The position numbers were made by a program, and so were the translations under genes. From Candidatus Kapaibacterium sp. (GTDB taxonomy: Bacteria; Bacteroidota; Ignavibacteria; Kapaibacteriales; UBA2268): a stretch of 64,000 bases of DNA. Positions 30,405-37,360 of the stretch are shown piece by piece. The notes below the pieces were generated by a model. The model did no database searches. It saw only the letters and a list, made by a program, of their open reading frames with translations, and was not told the origin of the DNA. How positions within the stretch are numbered: the stretch's first letter is position 1; the number at the start of each line of letters is the position of its first letter. The stretch covers positions 2,048,001 to 2,112,000 of the forward strand of contig OY762428.1 of the NCBI GenBank assembly GCA_963665665.1, in the 5' to 3' direction.

Positions 30405-30601
30405 AAAATTCCCATCGAGGGGTGTCCGAAGGGCGGGGTGGATTCTTCAATTAAATAATTAACAATGCTTCATAGCTTAAAAAAATTGATAAATAGTAGT
30501 ATCCTTCCCCTTAATCCCCCTCCAAAGGGGGACATCCCAGAATTCCCATCGAGGGGTGGATTTATTATTGAAAATGAAGAAGAAATAAAACATAAATTCA
30601 A
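30405..30601 (+). repeat. composite spacer S2 (A-B-D-A'-E)
   Basis: AAATTCCCATCGAGGGGTGTCCGAAGGGCGGGGTGGA; AATGCTTCATAGCTTAAAA; CCTTAATCCCCCTCCAAAGGGGG at 30509-30531. Confidence 0.92.
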
Positions 30602-30796
30602 ATGATAGATAAATCAGCAATAAATATTACAAGCAAAAACAACGATACATCTGAAATTGAATATTGGAGCCGTAAAACGCCGATATTGCGGATTCTTGCT
30701 TTAGAAGAATTGAGAAAAGAATATATTAAGTGGAAACATGATTCAGAGCCGGGATTTCAAAGAGTTTATAAAATTATTAAACTCAAAGAAAGTTAA
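30602..30796 (+). CDS. cassette 3 small partner protein (putative antitoxin)
   Basis: 64 aa, 'EYW...TP..RI.ALE.LR'; overlaps the NTase gene. Confidence 0.65.
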   Translation: MIDKSAINITSKNNDTSEIEYWSRKTPILRILALEELRKEYIKWKHDSEPGFQRVYKIIKLKES

Positions 30797-31217
30797 ATAT
30801 ATGATAATTGGCGGCTATGCTGTTGCTTACCATGGATATCCCAGATATACGGGCGATATAGATTTTTGGATTGATAATAGCAGGGAAAATGCCAGAAGAA
30901 TTATTGCGGTTCTTAACGATTTTGGATTCGATTCACTTGAGATAAAACCTGATGATCTTGCTAATCCTGATAATGTAATTCAACTTGGATTCCCTCCGAA
31001 CAGGATAGATTTGATTTGCGGTATTGAGGGGATTGATTATAACAATGCTTATGATAATTCTGAAATAACCGAAATTGATGGCGAAAAGATCAGGTTTATA
31101 AATCTTGACGATTTGATAACCACCAAGAGTATTAGCGCCCGAAAACAGGATCTGGCCGATATTGATAAACTTGAAAAGATTCGCCTGATGAGGAAAAACC
31201 TTAATGGAAAGAGTTAA
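30738..31217 (+). CDS. cassette 3 nucleotidyltransferase (DUF6036-like)
   Basis: YMIIGGYAVAYHGYPRYTGDIDF, RIDL, K....R.QDLAD. Confidence 0.85.
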   Translation: MIQSRDFKEFIKLLNSKKVKYMIIGGYAVAYHGYPRYTGDIDFWIDNSRENARRIIAVLNDFGFDSLEIKPDDLANPDNVIQLGFPPNRIDLICGIEGIDYNNAYDNSEITEIDGEKIRFINLDDLITTKSISARKQDLADIDKLEKIRLMRKNLNGKS

Positions 31218-31285
31218 TTAAAATAAACACGCAAAGGCGCTGAGAACTCAAAGAAAAAAATTCACCTTGTATGTTTGTAAAGACA

Positions 31286-31467
31286 GATAATTAAAAATGC
31301 TTCATAACTTAAAAATATTCAAAAATGGAAGTATCCTCCCCCTTAATCCCCCTCCAAAGGGGGACAATCCAGAATTCCTATCAAGGGGTGAATGCGAAGG
31401 ATACATTCTTCAACACTATCAGCAGGAAAAGATGGATTCTTCAGTCGCAAGCTCCCTCTGAATGACA
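31286..31467 (+). repeat. composite spacer S3 (B-D-A'-C)
   Basis: AATGCTTCATAACTTAAAAATATT; module D at 31341-31363; GATGGATTCTTCAGTCGCAAGCTCC. Confidence 0.92.
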
Positions 31468-31518
31468 TTTACACACTTGTTCCATTAGCTTCATAGTTCT
31501 GCTAAGTACATAATAAAA

Positions 31519-32673
31519 ATGCAAGTCACAGAAAAATATATTGACAGTCTCCTTAATCAGGGCGAAAACAGCGGGGTAGAGTTTAAATCCGCTGATGTGC
31601 GGGTCGAATCCCTTGCAAAGGAAATCGTGGCTTTTGCAAATACTTCCGGCGGTACTGTTTTGTTGGGCGTGGATGATGATTCTACTATTTCAGGCCTCTT
31701 GCCAGATAAGAATTATGAAGAATGGGTTATGAATATTGCCCGCAACAATATAATCCCGGCTATTCAGCTTGATTACAGCGAACACGAGAAAAATAGAAAA
31801 ACAATTGCCATTATCAATGTTCCTAAGGGCAAGGACAAACCCTACCAGGCAAATGACAATAAATTTTATCTCAGGGTTGGATCTACAAACAGGGTTGCCA
31901 CTATAAATGAACTACTCAGGTTGTTTCAGGAGAGCGGCGCTTTTCATTATGATATTACCAGCGTGGATGGAAGCAGCCCCAAAGCTCTGAATTTCTTCAA
32001 ACTATCCGGATATTTCGGGGCCTATAAAATTGATTTCGACAATTTACCGGATACAGAAAAAATCACACTTTTGCAAAATGCAGATATTCTAAATGAAGAA
32101 AGCAGCTGCACGGTGGCAGGAATGCTAATATTTGGTATCAATCCGCAGCAATACATTCCTTTTGCAAGAATTTCCTTTGCTCATTACAAAAGTCCGGAAA
32201 TCAGCTCTGACCTTCTCAATAAGAAAAATATCGGGGGCGGCCTGTCGGAGCAAATTGATAATACAGTTGCATTGATTGCCAATTCTATACCCGAGCCGTC
32301 CGAAATAGTCGGCACAAAACGAAAAAGCAGCGTTGCAAAATATCCTGTGAAAGTATTCAGGGAATTGATAGTAAATGCCTGCTGCCACAGAAACTATTCC
32401 ATACTTGGATCGGCAATCAGAGTGTTTTTGTTTTCGGATAGGTTGGAAGTAATAAGCCCCGGCAAATTACCCAATACGGTAAGCATAGAAAAATTAAAAG
32501 CCGGGGTTTCCTACGCCGCGAACCCGGTAATAGTAAAATTCATGGAAAATCTGAACTATATAGACAAGCTCGGCAGGGGGCTGCCCATGGTTTGGCAGGA
32601 AGCCGTGAAGCTAAATAAAAAAGTAATTTTTGAAGAAATTGGCCAGGAATTTAAAGTAACTCTGCAACTATGA
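31519..32673 (+). CDS. cassette 4 AlbA_2/Schlafen domain + HATPase_c_4 (RecG C-terminal-like) protein
   Basis: GENSGVEFK, AFANTSGG..LLGVDDD, FRELIVNACCHRNY, SPGKLP, NP, KLGRG. Confidence 0.9.
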   Translation: MQVTEKYIDSLLNQGENSGVEFKSADVRVESLAKEIVAFANTSGGTVLLGVDDDSTISGLLPDKNYEEWVMNIARNNIIPAIQLDYSEHEKNRKTIAIINVPKGKDKPYQANDNKFYLRVGSTNRVATINELLRLFQESGAFHYDITSVDGSSPKALNFFKLSGYFGAYKIDFDNLPDTEKITLLQNADILNEESSCTVAGMLIFGINPQQYIPFARISFAHYKSPEISSDLLNKKNIGGGLSEQIDNTVALIANSIPEPSEIVGTKRKSSVAKYPVKVFRELIVNACCHRNYSILGSAIRVFLFSDRLEVISPGKLPNTVSIEKLKAGVSYAANPVIVKFMENLNYIDKLGRGLPMVWQEAVKLNKKVIFEEIGQEFKVTLQL

Positions 32674-32870
32674 TAAAATTCCCCTCTCTAAGGGTGGGCT
32701 TTTTTAATTGAAAATGGAAAATTAATAATTGAAAATGCTTCATAGCTTAAAAAATTGAGAAATAGTAGTATCCTCCCCCTTAATCCCCCTCCAAAGGGGG
32801 TACAATCCAAATTCCCCTCACTAAGGGTGGCAAGCGCAGCGAGACGGGGTGGACTTCTTTAAATTGAATT
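32674..32870 (+). repeat. composite spacer S4 (A-B-D-A)
   Basis: AAATTCCCCTCTCTAAGGGTGG; module B; module D at 32778-32800; AAATTCCCCTCACTAAGGGTGGCAAGCGCAGCGAGACGGGGTGGA. Confidence 0.92.
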
Positions 32871-32889
32871 CGACAAATAGAATTAGATA

Positions 32890-33429
32890 ATGGAAATAGT
32901 CAGATTCGAAAATATTGAAGATAAGATAATAATCCTGAGAGACCGGCAGGTTATCATCGATAGCGATGTAGCTGAACTCTATGGCGTGGAAACAAGGGAT
33001 ATAAATAAAGCAGTTAAGAATAATCCTGAAAAATTTCCAGAAGGATATGTTTTTGAATTGAATGAAAATGAAAAGCGTGAGCTGGTGGAAAATTTCCACC
33101 ACCTTGATAAACTCAAATATTCCAAAGCATTACCCAAGGCCTTTACTGAAAAGGGTATGTATATGCTGGCTACTATCCTGAAAAGCGCCAGGGCAACTGC
33201 CACAACTATAGCAATAATCGAAGCATTTGCAAAAATTCGCGAGCTGGGAAAGAATATCAGGGAAATGGCTGAAATGGAAAGCGAAAACGAAAAACGCTCG
33301 CTGATGAGGCGCAGCGGTGAAATTATATCAGAAATATTTGACGACGACCTGACAATTGGCGAAACGGAAACCAGTATTGAAATTAACTTCGCCGTTCTGA
33401 AACTAAAGCATACAGTTAAAAGAAAATAA
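32890..33429 (+). CDS. cassette 5 ORF6N (KilA-N-related) DNA-binding protein, copy 1
   Basis: LR..QVIIDSDVAELYGVET..IN.AV.NN..KFP..Y.FEL, PKAFTEKG.YMLATILKS. Confidence 0.92.
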   Translation: MEIVRFENIEDKIIILRDRQVIIDSDVAELYGVETRDINKAVKNNPEKFPEGYVFELNENEKRELVENFHHLDKLKYSKALPKAFTEKGMYMLATILKSARATATTIAIIEAFAKIRELGKNIREMAEMESENEKRSLMRRSGEIISEIFDDDLTIGETETSIEINFAVLKLKHTVKRK

Positions 33430-33443
33430 ATATGCTGAGAAAG

Positions 33444-33716
33444 AAAAATTCCCCTCTCTAAGGGTGGCAGCGCAGCTGACGGGGTGGACTCCTAATTGAA
33501 AATTGAAAATTAAACAATGCTACATAACTTAAAAATATTCGGAAATGGAAGTATCCTCCCCCTTAATCCCCCTCCAAAGGGGGACAATCTAAAATTCCCA
33601 TCGAGGGGTGGATCACAAAGGATCCATTCTTCAACATCATCTGCAGAGAAAGCATGGATTCTTCAGTCGCAAGCTCCTTCAGAATGACAAGAGGCTTCTT
33701 TAATTGACAATGGAAA
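33444..33716 (+). repeat. composite spacer S5 (A-B-D-A'-C)
   Basis: Modules A, B, D and C all present; D at 33561-33583; ends TAATTGACAATGGAAA. Confidence 0.93.
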
Positions 33717-33776
33717 AAATATCCTGAATTATAGAGCGTTCCTTAACTAAAACAGTTAATTACACCGGAGAAAATC

Positions 33777-33986
33777 ATGTTGGCAATAAATGGAATATAC
33801 GAAGACGGAAAGATCAATCCTTTGCAGGATATTCCTGTGAATGAGAAGTATATTGTCAGGATTACCTTCCTGAAGCCTTTGGCCAATGCAGATAAAGAAA
33901 ATGCTGAATCCTTCCTCCGGGCTGCCGAAAGCTCTCTTGATTTCTGGGATAATGAAATTGACGATGAAATCTGGAACAATGTATAA
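33777..33986 (+). CDS. cassette 6 antitoxin (AF2212/DUF104-like N-terminus)
   Basis: AINGIYEDGKI.PL N-terminus and FWDNEIDDEIW acidic C-terminus, typical of MazF partners. Confidence 0.75.
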   Translation: MLAINGIYEDGKINPLQDIPVNEKYIVRITFLKPLANADKENAESFLRAAESSLDFWDNEIDDEIWNNV

Positions 33987-34317
33987 ATCCGGCGATATAC
34001 TTCTTATACCTATCCCTTTTACTGATCTGAGCAGCGCAAAAAAAAGGCCCTGCATAGTAATTTCAGGAACTAATTACAACCGGGTTACCGAAGATATAAT
34101 TGTAATGGCAATAACTTCCAAACTCAGCGATAAAAAATATTCGGTCAGGATTACAAATGACGACCTTGCCTATGGTATGCTACCAACAACTTCGCAAATA
34201 AGAGTTGATAAAATTTATACAATATCCCAAAATATTGTGCAAAGAAAATTAGCTTCGGCAAATACTGAGATTAATGATAAAATATTTGAATTATTTGATG
34301 AGATAATTAGTAATTGA
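33979..34317 (+). CDS. cassette 6 PemK/MazF-family toxin
   Basis: GDILLIPIPFTDLSSAKKRPCIVIS, AITS, S.IRVDKI; ATG at 33979 overlaps the antitoxin stop. Confidence 0.92.
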   Translation: MYKSGDILLIPIPFTDLSSAKKRPCIVISGTNYNRVTEDIIVMAITSKLSDKKYSVRITNDDLAYGMLPTTSQIRVDKIYTISQNIVQRKLASANTEINDKIFELFDEIISN

Positions 34318-34319
34318 CA

Positions 34320-34859
34320 ATGGAAATAGTCAGATTCGAAAATATTGAAGATAAGATAATAATCCTGAGAGGCCGGCAGGTTATTATCGACAGCGATGTT
34401 GCCGATCTCTATGGCGTGGAAACCAAAAGGATCAACGAGGCTGTTTCCAATAATCCTGAAAAATTTCCCGAAGGATATGTTTTTGAGTTAGATGAAAAGG
34501 AAAAACGTAAACTGGTCGAAAATTTCGACCACCTCGATAAACTTAAATATTCCAAAGCATTACCCAAGGCCTTTACTGAAAAGGGCATGTATATGCTGGC
34601 TACCATTCTGAAAAGCGCCAGGGCAACTGCTACTACTATAGCAATAATCGAGGCGTTTGCTAAAATTCGCGAGCTGGGAAAGAATATCAGGGAAATGGGC
34701 GAAATGGAAAGCGAAAACGAAAAACGCTCCCTGATGAGGCGCAGTGGTGAAATTATCTCAGAAATATTTGACGACGACCTGACAATTGGCGAAACGGAAA
34801 CCAGTATAGAAATTAACTTCGCCGTACTGAAGCTAAAGCATACAGTTAAAAGAAAATAA
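34320..34859 (+). CDS. ORF6N protein, copy 2
   Basis: Near-identical paralog of 32890..33429; ATG at 34320. Confidence 0.92.
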   Translation: MEIVRFENIEDKIIILRGRQVIIDSDVADLYGVETKRINEAVSNNPEKFPEGYVFELDEKEKRKLVENFDHLDKLKYSKALPKAFTEKGMYMLATILKSARATATTIAIIEAFAKIRELGKNIREMGEMESENEKRSLMRRSGEIISEIFDDDLTIGETETSIEINFAVLKLKHTVKRK

Positions 34860-34873
34860 ATATGCTGAGAAAG

Positions 34874-35163
34874 AAAAATTCCCCTCTCTAAGGGTGGCAG
34901 CGCGAAGGATCCCGATAAATCGGGACGGGCTGGGGTGGACTCCTAATTGAAAATTGAAAACTAAACAATGCTTTATAGTTTAAAAATATTGAGAAATGTC
35001 ATCCTGAGCGTAGCAAAGGATCCATTCTTCAACACTATCAGCAGAAAAAGATGGATTCTTCAGTCGCAAGCTCCAGAAGCCTGCTCACTGCCTGCCCCGA
35101 TAAATCGGGGACCAGTCGGGGAATGACAAGAGGGTTCTTTAATTGAAAATTGAAAATCGATAA
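34874..35163 (+). repeat. composite spacer S6 (A-B-C) with nested micro-palindromes
   Basis: Modules A, B and C, with CCCGATAAATCGGG inserts at 34910-34925 and 35095-35110. Confidence 0.9.
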
Positions 35164-35346
35164 ATGGCAATGGAAAGAATAGTAAATATATCAGATAATC
35201 ATGAACAAGCCAGGGAATATGAAATTCTTCAGCAGTTAAAAATGACGTCGATTGAAAGACAAATGGCCGCCCGGGAATTGAAAAAGAAATTTTACGGCGA
35301 AAAAACGCCTGATGTACGTAAAAGCCGGGCCTGGAAAGTTTCATGA
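35164..35346 (+). CDS. cassette 7 small partner protein
   Basis: 60 aa, 'MT..ER..AA.ELK'; ATGA overlap with the NTase gene. Confidence 0.65.
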   Translation: MAMERIVNISDNHEQAREYEILQQLKMTSIERQMAARELKKKFYGEKTPDVRKSRAWKVS

Positions 35347-35828
35347 TATTTTCTGATGATATATTGGAATTTTTATATCTGCTGAATAAGCATAATGTAA
35401 AATATATGATCGTAGGGGGCGAGGCTGTTATTTATTATGGCTATGCAAGGCTTACCGGCGATATTGATATTTATTATGATCTTAGTAAAGAGAACTGTAC
35501 TAAATTATTTTCATGCCTTAATGAATTCTGGGATAATGATATCCCCGGATTAAATCAGACGGAAGAATTAGAAAGGGATGGCATTATTATTCAATTTGGC
35601 TTGCCACCAAACCGGATTGATTTGATCAACAATATCGACGGAGTTAATTTTAATGAGGCATGGACCAATAAAGAATCCCTGAATATCGAGGATAAATCAC
35701 TATCTTTTGTGATTAATTATATTGGAATAGATGATCTTATTAAAAACAAGAAATATTCCGGAAGAAATAAAGATATGGATGATCTGGATTATTTGACTAG
35801 AAGAACTGGTCGAAAATTTCGACCTTAA
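35343..35828 (+). CDS. cassette 7 nucleotidyltransferase (DUF6036-like), paralog of cassette 3
   Basis: YMIVGGEAVIYYGYARLTGDIDI, PPNRIDL, K...GR.KD..D. Confidence 0.85.
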   Translation: MIFSDDILEFLYLLNKHNVKYMIVGGEAVIYYGYARLTGDIDIYYDLSKENCTKLFSCLNEFWDNDIPGLNQTEELERDGIIIQFGLPPNRIDLINNIDGVNFNEAWTNKESLNIEDKSLSFVINYIGIDDLIKNKKYSGRNKDMDDLDYLTRRTGRKFRP

Positions 35829-35999
35829 TCCCCCTCCAAAGGGGGACATTCTAAAATTCTCATCGAGGGGTGGATCACGAAGTCTCCATTCTTCAACATC
35901 ATCAGCAAAAAAAGATGGATTCTTCAGTCGCGTGCTCCTTCAGAATGACAAGAGGGTTCTTTAATTGACAATGACGAGAAATCGGATATAAATTCAAAT
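35823..35999 (+). repeat. composite spacer S7 (truncated D-A'-C-E)
   Basis: Starts directly at module D (35823-35845) and lacks A and B; module C intact. Confidence 0.9.
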
Positions 36000-36033
36000 A
36001 TTCAAGCAGCTACTTAACTGAAACGTATAAACC

Positions 36034-36333
36034 ATGAATGCCGAAGAACTATATAATAAATCAATCGATTATATAAAAGAAGAACTGAAGAAAATGCTTC
36101 CGCCAGATACATGTGTTTATCTTTATGGTTCGTCGGCAAGGGGCGATCGCGGCCATAGCTCGGATATTGATATCGCGATTGAATCCAAAAATATTAACAG
36201 CAGGCTTATCGCGGAATTATGTGATAAATTTGATGATTCTTTCGTTCCATACAAAGTAGATATTGTTGATCTGGCCAAAGCCGACGACAATTTTAAGAGC
36301 ATAATCTTTCGGGATGCAGTGAAATGGATGTGA
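36034..36333 (+). CDS. cassette 8 minimal nucleotidyltransferase (MNT antitoxin)
   Basis: YLYGSSARGD....SDIDIA, KVDIV. Confidence 0.92.
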   Translation: MNAEELYNKSIDYIKEELKKMLPPDTCVYLYGSSARGDRGHSSDIDIAIESKNINSRLIAELCDKFDDSFVPYKVDIVDLAKADDNFKSIIFRDAVKWM

Positions 36334-36728
36334 AACTAAACCAGTTAACCAAAGCTGTCAGCAGCCTGAACGATCTTGCAAAAAAGATAAACAATCTGAC
36401 AACTGAAGATGAGATAATCCTTGACGGTTTGCAGAACGGCCTGGCGCAGAAATTTGAATATACAATTGAACTGTTCTGGAAAACAGTAAAAAAATACCTG
36501 CTTAAATATGAAGGAATTGACACCAAATCTCCCAAGCAGGCTATAAAAGAATTTTATAAGAGCGGCAATATCAGCGAAGATCAATATTTGCTTCTAATAC
36601 GCGCTATCGACGACCGCAACGTTTTAAGCCATGTTTATAACGAAAATGATTTCAGCAGGATAATTGATTCTATTTCCGATTATACTGCCCTCATCTTTGA
36701 AATTACTGATCTGCTGAGTAAGAAATAA
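36324..36728 (+). CDS. cassette 8 HEPN protein (HI0074 family)
   Basis: QKFEYTIELFWK, SPKQAIKE, Rx4H motif DRNVLSHVY. Confidence 0.92.
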   Translation: MDVKLNQLTKAVSSLNDLAKKINNLTTEDEIILDGLQNGLAQKFEYTIELFWKTVKKYLLKYEGIDTKSPKQAIKEFYKSGNISEDQYLLLIRAIDDRNVLSHVYNENDFSRIIDSISDYTALIFEITDLLSKK

Positions 36729-36737
36729 CCGCAAAGA

Positions 36738-37123
36738 AAAAATTCCCCTTGAGGGGTGGGATCTTTAATTAAAAATGGAAAATTGATAATTAAAAATGCT
36801 TCATAGCTTAAAAAAATTAGCGATAGTAGTCTCCCCCCCCTTAATCCCCCTCCAAAGGGGGAAATTCCAGAATTCACATCAAGTGGTTGACCGCGAAGTA
36901 TTTATTCTTCAACACTATCAGCAGGAAAAGATGGATTCTTCAGTCGCAAGCTCCTTCAGAATGACAAGAGGCTTCTTTAATTAAAAATTGAAATTGATAA
37001 TTAACTATGCTGTATTGCTTAAAAATATTGAGAAATGTCATCCCCCGACAAGCCGAGGGCAGGCTGAGCAAATGCGAAGGATCCATTCTTCAACACTATC
37101 AGCAGGGAAAGATGGATTCTTCA
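36738..37123 (+). repeat. double composite spacer S8 (A-B-D-A'-C-B-C partial)
   Basis: Module D at 36839-36861; two B and two C modules in tandem with no gene between them. Confidence 0.92.
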
Positions 37124-37197
37124 CTAACCACTAATCACTAACCACCAAACTTAATTCATGAACAACTCTCAACTTTCCACTATCAACTATAAACTAT
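37122..37197 (+). repeat. degenerate 7-mer tandem repeats
   Basis: CACTAAC-CACTAAT-CACTAAC and CAACTCT-CAACTTT-CCACTAT-CAACTAT-AAACTAT. Confidence 0.7.
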
Positions 37198-37352
37198 CTA
37201 AGGATTTCACCCTCCCCCGCTACCGCCAGTATCTGGAAGCGATAAAGGAGAAGTATGAGAACGTGGTTTTATTCAGGGAGTATATGGCTAATCCAATATC
37301 TTCATTCTGTATGATAAGGCATGATGTGGGTTTTAAACAATTTTTATTTTAG
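37158..37352 (+). pseudogene. 5' fragment of polysaccharide deacetylase-like gene
   Basis: DFTLPRYRQYL...MIRHDV matches the N-terminus of 60324..61085 (DFTLSNYKKL...WRHDVE); stops just after RHDV. Confidence 0.7.
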
Positions 37353-37360
37353 GATAAATT

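Noticed and set aside
31228-31253. CACGCAAAGGCGCTGAGAACTCAAAG, a possible 9-nt periodic repeat at the start of S3
   Set aside because: Too short and degenerate to support on its own; only a faint echo at 36729.
33886-33978. N-terminal extension of MazF given by the ORF track
   Set aside because: Overlaps the antitoxin; the family-typical start is ATG 33979 (MYKSGDI).
32890-34859. Prophage interpretation based on ORF6N genes
   Set aside because: No structural, terminase, integrase or replication genes; ORF6N genes occur as stand-alone cassettes here.
27709-36984. ORFs 27709..27903, 28847..29065 and 36796..36984 as conserved protein-coding genes
   Set aside because: They are translations of the spacer repeat and their frames diverge between copies; kept only as a leader-peptide hypothesis.
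27631-37123. CRISPR array interpretation of the recurring CCTTAATCCCCCTCCAAAGGGGG repeat
   Set aside because: Copies are 0.8-2.3 kb apart and separated by whole genes, not 30-40 bp spacers; no cas genes in the window.
27631-37123. Classical integron/attC array
   Set aside because: No tyrosine recombinase in the window, and the spacers lack recognisable RYYYAAC...GTTRRRY ends. A covariance search is still needed to exclude it formally.
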